Of a stretch of 64,000 nt of DNA, positions 39,921 through 53,183 are shown one piece after another (position 1 is the stretch's first letter; every line of letters starts with the position of its first letter). The notes under the pieces were generated by a model. It saw only the letters and a list, made by a program, of their open reading frames with translations. It ran no database searches and was not told the origin of the DNA. The translations under genes were made by a program, and so were the position numbers. Location of the stretch: NCBI GenBank assembly GCA_964016885.1, contig OZ024743.1:267034001-267098000 (forward strand). Direction: 5' to 3'. The stretch comes from Eledone cirrhosa. Taxonomy: Eukaryota.

Positions 39921-42900
39921 AATGTCGTACCTAAACAGTTCGAATAACGGTGAAATGGAGACTAGAATGTCATGTGACAGACTCTCACACAACAGGTGCT
40001 CCCTGGCTCAGCAACAGGGACCTGGCTGTCAACCAAATACTGCTGGTGTCGGAGAAGAAGAAGGAAAGGGACCAGAACCAACTGGACGAAAGAATTGAAT
40101 ATATCTGTTATGCAATGTTACCTGAAGAGTAACCCCAAGGAGAAAGGCTATAGGAAACGGATGCATAACATCTGGAACGAGATTGGTCTATTTAAATTAG
40201 ATGAACAAAAATTGACGGGCAGGCTCGGGTAATAAGAACTAATGGGTGGATAACCGAGCTGGAACTGGAGGTACTGAGCAGAGAGATTAGCTTGGAAATT
40301 GAGAGTGGAGTATGCCAGGCAAACGAGCCAGTGGGAAATGAAGGTGAGGAGGTCGAGAACACGGAGGAACCACCCGAAGCAGACAATGATCTGAATGCTG
40401 AGATAAATAATACCTGGAACAGAGATACGGCCACTGAGGAGATGAATGCTGACGGGCTAGGACAAGATTTGGTTGATATCCTAAACTTAGTGGTAGATGA
40501 ATTGAACAATGATAGTGGGAAACCTATGAACCTAAGTTTTGTAGACAGCAAAAAGTTAAAAGAAACAACAGCTAAGGTAAACAATATCATCCCATACCTT
40601 GAGGCGAGGAGCCTTCACCAGTGCAACAATATCCTCAAAGCAACAGCAAATACGGTGAGGAAACTACTTGGTATAAAAGCGAGAGGAAACAACAAACAAG
40701 AAAGATCAGAGCCTTGGTGGAAGAAACGACTGAATGGTCAAATCAGGGAAATGAGAAATGACATTGGAAAGCTTGAGTCCCTACTGAATGGGACAATAAA
40801 GAACATAGACACTAAACATAGACTGGAAATAAAGTACAAAACTAAGAGGAAAAAGCTAAATATTATCATAACGGAACTGAAGCAACGCATTGTAGCAAAG
40901 AGTGCAAAAATCAGGCGATACGAGAAGAGAGTCGGTCAGTATAGACAGAACCGCATGTTCGACAATAACCAGAAGATGCTGTTTGGACAGCTTGAAGGGA
41001 AAGAAAGAGGCAACGACTTGATCCCTGATGCGGAACAAACTAAAACATTCTGGAGAGGAATATGGGAGCAGGATGTTAAACATAATGACCAGGCAGTGTG
41101 GATTGAGACAGTACAGAAGGAGTTTAGTGAACAGGCACACCAACAAACTGATTTAAGTATCACAGTTGAAACTCTTAAGGGGCAGGCCAAAAAACTAACC
41201 AACTGGAAATCACCAGGCCCAGATGGTGTGCAGGGGTATTGGATTAAAAATATAACATCCCTCCACCCGAAACTGACAACCATGTTCAATGACTGCTTGA
41301 TGTCCGGTGAGGTACCAGAGTGGTTGACAAAAGGTACCACAGTTCTGATAATGAAAGACCGAATCAAGGGTAATGATGTTACCAACTATAGACCTATCAC
41401 ATGTCTGTCCGTAATGTGGAAACTGTTGACAAGCATTATGTCTGAGGAAATCTACCATCACCTCCACACAAACAACTTGTTACCGGACGAACAGGAAGGA
41501 TGCCGAAATAAGTCCTGTGGTACAAATGATCAGTTACTTATTTATAAAGTGGTAATGAGGAATTGCAGGAGGAGACACACTGGTCTTGCCATGGGATGGA
41601 TAGACTACAAAAAGGCATTCGACATGGTATCTAATTCTTGGATCACCAAAAGCCTGGAGATCTTCAAGGTGGCAGATAACATCAGACAGTTGTTGGGCAA
41701 AAGTATGAAGTCCTGGGAAACAGAGTTAACATCAACTGGAGAATCCTTGGGAAGCGTGAAGATCAAGAGAGGTATCTTCCAGGGAGATAGTCTGTCCCCT
41801 CTGTTGTTTGTCCTTGCCCTGATGCCCCTGACCAGTGTACTGCGAAAAGTGACAGCAGGATACAGGTTGGGAAAACGGGCTTACCATCAATCACCTCCTC
41901 TTCATGGACGATCTTACGCTCTTCGGGAAGAGTGAGAAGGAGTTGGATGTGCTTGTTGACACTGTCCGTATTTTCAGGAATGATATATGTATGCAATTTG
42001 GTATTAGTAAGTGTGGAGTCCTTGTGATGAGGATGGGTAAATTGAGCCGAAATAACGGAATCCAGGTACCAACAGGTGAGATGATAAAGGAAATTGACTC
42101 TGAAGAAGGATACAAGTATTTGGGTGTTCTGGAGGCTGATGACATCATGAACAAAAAAATGAAAGAATTGATAAGAACTGAATACATTCGGAGAGTAAGG
42201 AGCGTATTAAAATCACATCTGAACAGTAGGAATGCCATAAGTGCAGTAAATTCCCGAGCTGTGTCTATTATTAGGTACAGTGCGGGGATTCTGAGATGGA
42301 ATGTTGCTGAACAAAAAGAAATGGATAGGAAGACTAGGAAGCTATTTACTATCTACAACATGTTCCGCAAGAGGAGTGATGTCGATAGGCTTTACTTAAG
42401 GAGATCTGAAGGTGGAAGAGGTCTTATCAGCATAGAGGACTGTGTTCAGATGGAGAAAAACAACCTACACAAATACGTGACTGATAGCAAGGAGCCAATG
42501 CTCAGAACTGTACTGAAGGAGGGGACGAGAGACCAGAGGATGTCCAAGGAGGAAATAACATCAAGGAGAAAGAGAAGCCTTCAGCAAAAATCCCTTCATA
42601 GTACCTTCTTTGAGAAAACTGAATTCAGAGATCCACAGACATGGAACTGGTTGAAAAGAGGAAACCTTAAAAAGGCTACAGAAGGAATGTTAATGGCTGC
42701 GGAGGGACAGGTCCTCAAAACGAAGTGGTTGAAACACCATATTTACAAGGAGGAGGCTAGCCCACTGTGCAGAATCTGTGGAGAGAGAGAGGAGATTGTG
42801 GCTCACATTGTATCCGAGTGTAAACACCTAACCCAGACTCACTATAAGGGCTGGAGACATGATGTGATGGGCAGAGTGATCTACTGGCACCTATGCAAAG

Positions 42901-43416
42901 TAAAGAATTTACTACATTCTGAGAAGTGGTATGAGCATAAGCCAGAGTCGGTGATAGAAACCGATCAGGTGAAGGTGCTGTGGGATTTTAGGATACAGAC
43001 GGACAAGAAACTGGAACACAATAGACCTGACCTGGTGGTTGTGGACAAAGAAAAAAGATCGTGCCTGATTGTGGATGTGGCCTGCCCATTCGTCACGAGA
43101 GTGCAAGAGAAGGAGAGGGAAAAATTAACAGATACCAGGACTTAAAGTGGGAGGTAAAAAGGATTTGGAACTGCCATGAAGTCAAAGTGGTCCCGCTTGT
43201 CATAGGCGCACTAGGTACTATCTCAAAAGGTTTCCAGGGATGGTTAAAGAAAATTGACCCACTTCACGCTTTTTGGAACGCTTCAAAAGGCATGCTTGCT
43301 GGGAACAACAAGAACCCTCCGATACGTCCTGAATATCTGAGGCTGCAGGTAGTGGCTTGATATTCATTTCAACAAACTTTCCAGTTAACTAACATCAATG
43401 ACTGAGACTCAAAGGA
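39921..43416 (+). mobile_element. R4/Dong-clade non-LTR retrotransposon, near full length (5' boundary uncertain)
   Basis: N-terminal WTKELN..MQCY..GYRKRM..IW, RT (KSPGPDG, YRPITCL, IDYKKAFD, GIFQGDSLSP, FMDDL), CCHC CRICGE..HIVSEC, RHD, restriction-like endonuclease RPDLVV..DVACP. 3' end runs into (TAA)n at 43417-43460. Confidence 0.92.
39996..43339 (+). pseudogene. Dong/R4 RT-RLE polyprotein with a few frameshifts
   Basis: ORFs 39996..40232, 40292..41935, 41904..43145 and 43061..43360 join into one protein. Confidence 0.88.
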
Positions 43417-43461
43417 TAATAATAATAATAATAATAAAATAATAATAATAATAATAATAAT

Positions 43462-46400
43462 GCTTTCTTTATTAACCACAATGGTTTACATAAAGTAGAC
43501 ATTAAGGACAACAGGACAATAGAGGACGGTACAAAAGGGCATTTCTGCGTGTAAAAAACAAGAAACAGAGGATGTAACAAAAGAAATAACAATGAAAAAT
43601 TCCCCAATACGGGGGAGACTTCCGAGGGACATTCGTGGAGAAAGCCCATTAAAAAGCCACAGTGACCCTGACCACCAGGGCAAGTACCCTCTCCCAGTTT
43701 TCCACCTTTAATTTATAGACACATACTCAGAGTAGGCCCATTCACTCGGGCCATTGTTGCCTCTCTCACCATTCTTTCAACAAAATGCTGGGAAGAGAGG
43801 ACTTCCTTCTCTACCCTGATTTTTCTTTTCAAATGAAATTTGAAAAGGTTAATCAGGGCATCACCGAAGAGGTAAGTGCTCGTCTTCAGCCCTTTCAAAC
43901 GTGTCCACCATACTATCTCTTTCGCCATGGCCAGCAGACAGATAAAAACTGCCTACCCTTCCCGGCTAAAGGAAGAGGGCGGGGCAAGCCTCACGATGGA
44001 TCAGCTGATAGCTGGATCCGTCCTACACGCGACAGCAGGTGTTCGACATAAACCCACAAGACAGCAATGCTCGGACACTGGATGAGTGCGTTCAGGACGG
44101 TTTCGTCGCTCTGCGCACATCTCGGACATGCCCAGCTAACGGCACCTCCATGCCTGTAGAGTTTATCTCGAACTGGCAAACTCCTCGGTAGCACTGCCAG
44201 GCCAGGGATTTCTGGAAGTCGTCTATAAGCTCTGGCCCGAAAGTTCTTCCGAAGAGATTGGCTAGTTGATTTTCGTCGACGCCTAGAGTTTCCCCAAGTA
44301 CGTCGTCGCACTTCCCCTCCACTAATCCTCTATAGAACGCCAATGTAGAGTTTCCACCGATCACATTGCTCGATTGGTCGTGTGCTGTGAACACCTGAAG
44401 ACATACCAGTCTCCAAGCACTGCCTCTCGGTCTTCGCTTGACCCAGGGCTCAGCTCAGTCAAGGAGACGTGCTGAGGAAAGACACGTCTAGCAAACGGCG
44501 ATCACACATGTTCACTGTCGAGGAAGAGGTGGAGATGTCATAGCCTGAGCGCGTGTCTGCGCATCAGCAGCCACGGCAAGCCCAGCCCTCCAGGTAGCGT
44601 GTGTTGACAGCAGATGGACCGCCTGACCTTCGGAGCGCGTCTCTTCCACAAAATGCGTAAGAGCAAACGCTCCAGCGCAGTCAGACTTAGGACAAGGTAT
44701 GACGGTCAGGCGGTAGTAGATGACGGACGCGATGTACGCGTTAGCCACCTCCGCTCGAACTTTCATGGATAGCTTCCTCTCCGCCCATTTCTGGGTGATA
44801 GAAGCCACCCTGCTCGTCACTTCGTCCCAGTTTTTGTCTGTCTGGAGGTCCGGACCGAACCAGACCCCTAGCAATTTAACCGGTCAGTGCGTCCAGCGCT
44901 CGACGACGCTGTTGGACGGCATGGACCTGCCTCTCCAGGTGCCGAGCTGCAGGCCCACTGACTTTTCCTGGTTACATTGCTCCTGTCACCGCTTCGTATT
45001 CTCTTAATGTAGTGCCGATCGCCACGATGTGTTTGGAGTTCGACAACATTACGGTAACATCGTCCGCATCCTAGTTCGCGCGGGATCTCCCCCAACGTGT
45101 CCAGTTTGTGCAGTAATGGCTCGAGAGTCAATACGTACAAGAGGGACGAGAGGGGATCATCCTTGGCGGACCGAGCGCATGATGTTGAACGGTTCCGAAA
45201 GGTGACCGTTCACTCTCACCACAGTGCAGATGTCGCTGTGCATGGCAGCCATCCAGCCTCTGAAGACTGGCCCAAAACCAGCCGCCCTCAGGACTGAGGC
45301 TAGGTAACGATGGTCGACCCTATCGAAAGCTTTCGACTGATCTAAATTGATCAAGGACACACCCGTGCTAGGTTCCTTAGCTACCCTCTTCACGATGTAT
45401 CGTATGAGGTGGAGGTTGTCGTGTATGGATCTGTCGGGAATGGCGCATGTCTGCGCCTCTCCCACCAGACCACCAACGACAAGCGTCAACCTCTTTGCCA
45501 GCACCTTGGCCAAAATCTTGAGCTCTGTGTTTAGCAGTTAGGGCTTGAAATTATCTATGTTATTCCCCTTGTTCGGATACTTTCTCAGCAGCCCCACAAC
45601 TCCTCGGCTCACAGAGCTGTGAATTCTCCCGTTCTGTTACCAGTTGCAGTAGACGTCCGCCAAGAGGCCTCCGAACAAGTCTGGCATGTGTACGTAAAGT
45701 TCATAGGGAAGAGCATCCAAAACAGGCGATTTACCCCTTGTGCAGCCAGTCATTGCCTCCCGTACTTCAGAGGCTGTTATCGGTTTTTCTCAACAATCCG
45801 CCTTAGTGGCCGAGAGCCGCGGCAGTCGTCGAGGTAGACACTAAAGTCCATCCCTCGATCCAGCCCCCCGCTGCCACCGAACAGCTGAATGAAGTGTCGC
45901 TGAAAAGCTTCACACATTTGCCCGGGATGGAGTAGCATGCGCCCGTCGTGGTCCACCAAAGACCGGATCGTGGCTTTGTTGCCACGACGCGCCTCCGCCA
46001 CTCGGGCCCATTGAAAGGCTTTCGTCCGCTAGTGTCTGAGAGCAAGCACCCTAGCTCTGACAACGCAGCCTTCTTGCTTTGCATTGAAGAATTGGTCAAG
46101 GGCCAATTTCGTCGCAAGTACGTCGGCCCGGATGCATTTGCTAAGCGCCTCGTCTAATTTTCTAACTAGTACTCCCTCTGCTCTATTTTTCTCTATAGCT
46201 AAATCCGTACTAAACCTAATGGACTCTATTCTAATCGCTCTTTTCAGAGCAAACCACCACTTGCTGTTGACGATGGCACCCGTCAACGCCCGCTTAACTA
46301 GTTCGCTAATCCGGTCTCAGTAGGCTTTGCGCGCTGGTAAGGACGCGTTTAGCTCCTAGTAGCCGGGTCCTCGTCTATGAAGCCTATCTAACTCAGGGAC

Positions 46401-49400
46401 ACAGATCACGAATTTGTGGTCCGTGTAGCTCACTATCTTGAATTGTGGACAGCCTCGACTAGACCTATGTATTTCGCTACAAAATACTCTATTTAGATAT
46501 GATCTGGATGACCCTATGCGATTTGTCCAAGTCCCCCTTGGCACATTCGGGAAATCCAATCGGTACCTGTCAGACAGTTCAAAACGCCTGAGCAGGTTGG
46601 TTAGGCTCTTTTACCCCCCTCCCCTATCCGCTAATCCCACACAGTCCCATTGTGCATCTAAGATCCCATTCCAGTCGCCCACTAACACTAAAGAGAGACA
46701 GTTCCTAGAAAGGTCTCCAGACGCCGGAAGAAATCAGACCGCACTGCTCCTGTTGGGCCACTAGCCAGAAAGCTAGCCCGTCTCCGCTGTTCACGTCCAG
46801 CACCACCAACTTACCTTCTGGGTCCAGGAAGATGGCCCGTATGGCGAGATCCAAACCTCTCCGAAAAAGCACAGCAACTCCCTCTCCCCGATCCAGGACG
46901 GCTGGGAGATGCGTACACATCGTAACCGCCGATGATCGGTGCGAAGGCCCGTTTTTCGGAGATTCTGATCTCGCTGATGCCCACTACATCTCTGTTTAGT
47001 GACCTGAGGTCGTTGAGCAGCTGGCCCTGCTTCCATGACGACCCCAAGTTACGCGCATTTATGCTGCCTATTCTGAGTGAGGTCATGTTGAAATGGAGTG
47101 AAAAAGATGGGAAAGACCACTTACCTTACGTCTCGTAGAGGAAGGATGGTTTCTCCATCGCTTTTCACTTGATCGTCTGGTGAAGGCATCGTTGAATCGT
47201 CCCTTCGGCTAGTCGTCGGCTCTTCTGTGAGTATATCCGAATATACTCTCCGGTTGAGTGTCCCTCCTAGGTCTCTGAAATCAGCAACTGCGTTGGGGAA
47301 TTTCTTATTAATGTTTGTGTATTGTTTCTGTGTTATTCTTACCAGTCTTATGTTCGTTGGTGTCTTGATTGGTGTTGGTATTATGTAGTCGTGCTGTGAA
47401 ATATCTGTGTATTCAATTATTTAAGTCATTAGTTTCTTGTTGTGTGTATTTATTGCTGTGCATTTGTTTTTCTGGGGGTGGGGTGTGGTTCAGTTATTTT
47501 CTTGTCGTTGTTACTGGGTGTGTGTGTTTTTTGTTGTGTTTGCGATGTTGGTGCTGGTGGTGGTGGTGTTAGGTGTTGTTGTTGTTTGCGGTGGGGTAGC
47601 CGCTGGTGGTGATGGTGTTGGTGGTGTTGCTGCTGTAAGTCTCTTTGCAGTAGCCTTTACCCTTTTTTCATTTCTTTCCTCCCTTTTCTAAGGCGACGAT
47701 GCGCTGTTTCTGCGTTGGTGCCTTCTTGCGACCTTTTGCCATCCATCTCCCACCTCACACTCCATGTCCGATTCTGTGAGGTCGGGGAGGGGTACCAGAA
47801 CCACTCTTTCACTTGTTGTTGTTAGTGATGTTTGCAGTGGAGTCTCTCTTGCAGCTGCAGTTGGTATTACTGTTGTTGTTGTTAATACTTCGACTGCTGC
47901 TGCTGTTCTTGATTTCTGTGGCGTGGTTATGGTTGCCACGGACCTATCGTTCCTGCTTGCCGCCTGTTCTGTTGCTGGTAGCAGTGGAACCAGTTCCGGA
48001 AGGAGGGGGGTTTTCTCCTTTCTCAGGGTCTTCTCATTGCAGAAGGCCCTGAGGTGAGTCTTCGATCCACAGCGAAACCATTTCGGGCGTTTGCCCTCAA
48101 CACTTATGGGCAGTTGAGTACCGTTATCGAAGTCTATCACATCCGGGATAGCTTCAATGCACTCCTGGTTGGTTTGGATTAACATCTCAATGAAGGTGCC
48201 GACCCAATCTTCTCGTACTTTTGTCTGTACTTTCAGTACAGTTGTTTTGTCCTCGATTCCGACGAGGACAGACGCGGCCAGCCAAGAAGGGGCCTTCCCA
48301 GGGGGGGGGGGGGAGTCAGTTTAACCATCACAATTTTTTACCCGCAGTAGGAGGGCACCAACACCATTTTCTCGCTCCTTAGGGTCACTAAGGATCGAGC
48401 CTTTGCCTCCTGGGCTGTGACAAAAAGCACGTCCACCTCGGGTGGTATGCGTTTTCTGCTGCCACACAGACCCTAAGGCTTTTTTGTATTTGAGCCTCTG
48501 TGGCTCTTTCAACCCTACGTGATTTTGTGCCCCCTGTACGGTACGTGACCGTACAGTGCTGTTGGGTTTCGAAAATTTGTTCGGCTGCCTTGCAGATTGC
48601 TCGGTGTCCGGTTTTCTTTACCATCTTCTTTGCTTCCTGTAATTCCTCATTTGTTATAAAGATGGTTTCCAGGTTCTTTGCGATACCTGCAAACGAGATT
48701 GGTTTTTCTTTATTGTTGTTGTTGTTGTCGTCAGAGCTACTGTTACTTTTGTTCTTGCTGCTGGTACTACGACCGCCGCCGCCGCTGTTGCTGTCGTTGT
48801 TGCTCTTGTTGCAGCTGCTGCTGTTGTTATTGCTGTTGCTGCTGCTACTGTTGTTGTTTATGCTGCTGCTGATGTTGTTGCGGCTGCTACTTGTGTTTTC
48901 CTTGTCACTGTTGCTGCTGCTGCTGTTATTACGCCAGCTACTGCTATTCTCCATTTCGGCTTTCCGTATTTACCGCATACATTTTTCGTCGTTGTCGTTG
49001 TCGTCGTCGTGGAGAAATGTTCCACGGTATGCACGTGCTCTTGGTGAAAGCTATCAGAAACTATTTTTTTTTTCTTTAATGGCGTCGCTTGCGAAAGAGG
49101 CGACACCACATTTAGAGAAGGGAGGGAGATAGCCAATCTTCTCTCTGATGTAGTGACGATTGAGGAAGAAGTCGGAATGAGTGGAATGACTTGTCAACAT
49201 TCTTTTTTGTTACCATGTTTTTTTAGTGGGCCCAAAACCCGAATAAGCGGTTATTTGACCCCGAAGGATCAAATAACGGACAGAAAGACCCCTCTCTCGA
49301 GGAGGAGGGTGTTTTTATTTACAATTTGGTTCAAGTTTTAAACAATTTACAATGGTTATAGCGGTTATCAATTACTATACCTACAGAGCCGTGCCTCCGT

Positions 49401-49414
49401 CAACCATGGCATTC
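43462..49414 (-). mobile_element. Tx1-clade LINE copy C, apparently full length (~5.95 kb) but degenerate
   Basis: ORF1 ~48954-47122 (N/S-rich N-terminus, knuckle relic WFRCGSKTHLRAFC) and ORF2 47086-43713. 3' end AATAAAGAAAGC(ATT)n. Flanked on both sides by (AAT)n. Confidence 0.93.
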
Positions 49415-49432
49415 AATAATAATAATAATAAT

Positions 49433-49610
49433 TGTTTCTACTTTTGGCACAAGCCCAGCAATTACCTCAGTGTATTACTGGTACTTTATTTTGTCGACCC
49501 CGTAAGGATGAAAGGCAAAGTTAACCTCGGCGGGATTTGAACTCAGAATGGCAAGGGCTGTAACTCTTTGCTGCAAAGCATGGCGTCCGACCCTCTACCG
49601 ATACTGCCAA
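49433..49610 (-). mobile_element. tRNA-derived SINE whose (ATT)n tail hosts Tx1 copy C
   Basis: Reverse complement closely matches the SINE at 54417-54601. Confidence 0.88.
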
Positions 49611-49616
49611 AGCAAA

Positions 49617-50600
49617 ATGCTTCCATTTATTCGACACAAGGGCCGACATATAGGGGACAATATTAAGACAGGTAAAATGGAGGTATACAATGAAATTGAG
49701 TAAAACTACACAATAACAAACACAATTAATGCAAATATAGAAAAATATAGAAAAACATAAAATTGTACAAAAATATAAGAAAATGAATTCCCCATTAGTG
49801 GGGGCCGCACAGCCAAGGGGTGACTCAGGTGTCCTACCAAAATTGAACCATCCGACATATCAAGGGCACCCGGAAAAGGCACACCTCTCCTTTCCGGCCA
49901 AAAGAAGGACTCACTATGGACTCACCGACATCAGGATCCATCCTACGCACGACACCTGCTGATTGAATCCGCAGGTAAGTAATGCACGAACACTGGACGC
50001 GTGCGTTAAGAATGTTTTCATCGTTCTGCGTGCATCTCGGGCAGATCTGTCTGACAGTTTACCGGGTAGCAGTGTCAAGTGAGGGGTTTGTGGAAGTTAC
50101 ACTTAGTTTCCGGCTCAAAACTCCTCCGGAATAGACTGGTTAGTTCGACTTCCTCAGTGTACAGAGCTTCTCCGAGTGCGTCGTCGCATTTTTCCACCAC
50201 TAATGCTATTAATCCTGTATAGAACTCGAGAATAGATGTTCCACTGACCGTATTGTCCGCCTGAAAAGATTGCAGTGAGCGCCTAGCAACAAACCAGATG
50301 CCCAGTCTTGATCTCCTTTTGACCCAGGAATGCAGCTCAGTCAAGCAGACGAACTGCGGGAAGTCTGTCTCAGAAACAGCGACCACACCTGTTCACTGTT
50401 TAGGGAGTATATCTAGAGATGCTGACGCCTCAGTGTGTTTGCGCACCATTAGTCAGGGCATGTTCACCCCTCTGCTAAGAGGGTGCTGGCAGCAGATGGA
50501 CCTCCTCTTCCACGCAACTTGTCACCTCCACAAGAAGATAAAGAGGAGCTTTTCCAATATGACAAGGCGCCAACGGGTCCAAGTCAGGTAGTAGTAAATG
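49617..50600 (-). mobile_element. Older 5'-truncated Tx1 fragment (copy D)
   Basis: FPQFVCLTELHSWVKRR...EFYTGL...CDDALGE; 3' end GCCCTTGTGTCGAATAAATGGAAGCATT. Confidence 0.8.
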
Positions 50601-50726
50601 AGGTGATTAATTTCATTTGCATATGAAGCAGCATAAGTTGGTTCATTTATCACCTCATTTACACAGACAAGAAAACTATATATTCTCGACTGTCTTCAAG
50701 TCCAACAGTAGCAAGCGGTGGGAGGG

Positions 50727-50770
50727 ACCGTCCTGACGAAGGCCGGTCAAGCCTGAAATGCATAGACGGT
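50727..50770 (+). ncRNA. Canonical minimal type I hammerhead ribozyme
   Basis: ACCGTC-CTGACGA-AGGC(cggtcaa)GCCT-GAAA-TGCA-TA-GACGGT. Palindromic stem III ATGCAT; stem I extendable by GCAAG/CTTGC. Confidence 0.85.
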
Positions 50771-52030
50771 TGTCCCCCTTGCTTTTGATGAACACTACCA
50801 GAGGGCGTTAGTCCCGGTGTTTCCATAGCTACGGCTTCCTAAAACGTATTTCTTTAGAAATACGAAATTTCAATACGAAATTTCTATACATATTGTATAA
50901 AGCTATGTTTGAAGCAAATCTTACTTCTCTTATATATATATATATATGTATGTGTGTGCGTGCGTGTGTGTGTGTGCGCGCGTGTGTGTGTATGTGTGTG
51001 TATGTATATATTAACAAAACTAACTCGAACTTCGTGTTTTGAGATTCGAGTGTATTAGAATTCGTATTAAAATGAGAAATCTCGGCGTAAGGGAGCTGTT
51101 AAAACAGCAAAATGCCGTCGAAGCGACGTTGGGTAGAACATTGCCTCAAATGATAGAAATCAGCGGCTTGAAAGGAGTTGGCTAAAACAATTGATTGGAG
51201 GGAAGGAATAAAATGGTTGAGAGGAAATCCCAGACATTGAAATACACTCATCAGTTTCAAACCACTTGCTGTTTATATATATATATGTATATATATGTGT
51301 GTGTGTATTTACGTGTGTTACTAGTATAGCAGTAAATCTTTTGTGGTATTTATATAAGAGATGGTAACCACCTATATAAACGTATCTCCATCGGAAAATG
51401 TCCTCGATTCAATGAATAGACATCGATAAATTGATTAAGAGACGAAGTATTTTTTGCCAAAATTATCGACTAATATTAGTGAATGTGGTAACCTAACATC
51501 CTTGCACTCATATGTTTAAAATCACTCAATGAATAAAAGACTGTAAACATAAACTTAAAAAGCAAAAAGCCAATCTTGCACTCATTATAATTAGAAATCA
51601 TTAATAATTTAATAAAATATGAGAATATTTGATATTTATTCGCTTATTTTATGAGAAGCTACCACTATCCATGTTGTATCTATAAAACCGTCGAACAAAT
51701 CGCGTAAACCCAATTCACAATTTTTGATCACCAAGTGTAATTCCATGACCTATTTGATTATTTTATAGTTAATATATATAAACTACGTAGTCGAGGAATT
51801 TAGGAGCAGTTTAGGTATGATACATTTTATTACTAATTATATCTAAATGTTTCTTCTCTCTTCATAATGTATTTTTAACTCTGATACTGGTTCAGTCTGG
51901 TTCAAACTGAATTGGTCTGTCCCAGTCATTCATTGAGCAACATCGGTGAAGTTGGCACCCTTAACTCACAGTTGGGTGCGGATGCATTCATGTATATATG
52001 TGTGTGTCCGCATGTATCTGTGTGTTTCTA

Positions 52031-52064
<34 letters not shown>

Positions 52065-52097
52065 TAAGTTATTCCGGGTTGAATCAGAGTATATATA

Positions 52098-52255
52098 TAT
52101 GCGAGGAGGTGCTGAATCGTTGCTTTACAGAAAAGTTAGAACCACTTAAATAAGTGTGTGAATCTGAGAGGGTAATATGTTGTATAAAAACACAAAAAAT
52201 TGATCGTCCTTTTTCGTTTAACAAAACCAAGGAATTTTTCAGCAACTGTTTGTGA
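52098..52255. mobile_element. Mariner-derived MITE relic
   Basis: Ends GCGAGGAGGTGCTGAA and TTTTTCAGCAAC resemble mariner TIRs of the CGAGGGGGTGCTGAAAAGTT type, in a TA context. Confidence 0.45.
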
Positions 52256-52266
52256 ATATATATATG

Positions 52267-52329
<63 letters not shown>

Positions 52330-53183
52330 GAGAACATCTCGGAACCAGTTTTCCGAAAGGACTGAATACCTCCCCCTACAGCTCCTAAAACCTCACTTTA
52401 TCATTGTTCTCACACACAAGCAGACGCACATATACACACAAATGTAGCCATCACACAATATACACCGACATGTACTATATAACACCCAACACACATCTAC
52501 CTACGCACACACATAACGCTGAATCCCCCACTTTCTGATGCATGCACACGTATGAGCACATTCCCGCGCACCACACGATAAATAATCCAGGAATCATGTC
52601 CATACATGTTTGTTTCTTATACACGCTCGGCTGTGTTCGCATGGCAATCAGTCTAGTGGATGTGGCCCCGTTCGTGTTGAATGCTTCATAACATCACTCC
52701 TTCCCCAATAATTCCCGGCTCTATCCATCTCCACACACGTAGTGACTTCACACCTTGCGCTTAGTCGTTTACAGTTATACCACAAAATCGTCGTGTTCGA
52801 AGCTATGCAGCTATTCTTACGATCTGACTACGTAATGAAATTTAAAGTCAACGGCCATATTTGCTACATCCTCTTTTCTACACAACGCATCTCGGCTTCA
52901 ACTAAGTGTAAGTGTATGTATATTTAGAAATTCATATACATTCTTGGACATCCTCTTACGTCGGTCAGTTGACGTTCACACGGTCACTCACATCCATACT
53001 CTTAAAGCAGCCAGCCATTCTCGGTCCAGCGCCCATCCTTCAAAGATACGAACACTCCTATATGCATAAGATAACCCTTTAAAATGGCTGGCTGAATTTG
53101 CACGTATGTTTTCTACCGTTTTTCCCCTTAATTTTCCCCCGTGACTCTCTCTTCTCACTCTTTTGTGTCTATATATCTTCCAT

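Noticed and set aside
26470-49132. Plus-strand ORFs over Tx1 copies (e.g. 26499..27176, 48500..49132)
   Set aside because: They are antisense shadows of LINE coding sequence.
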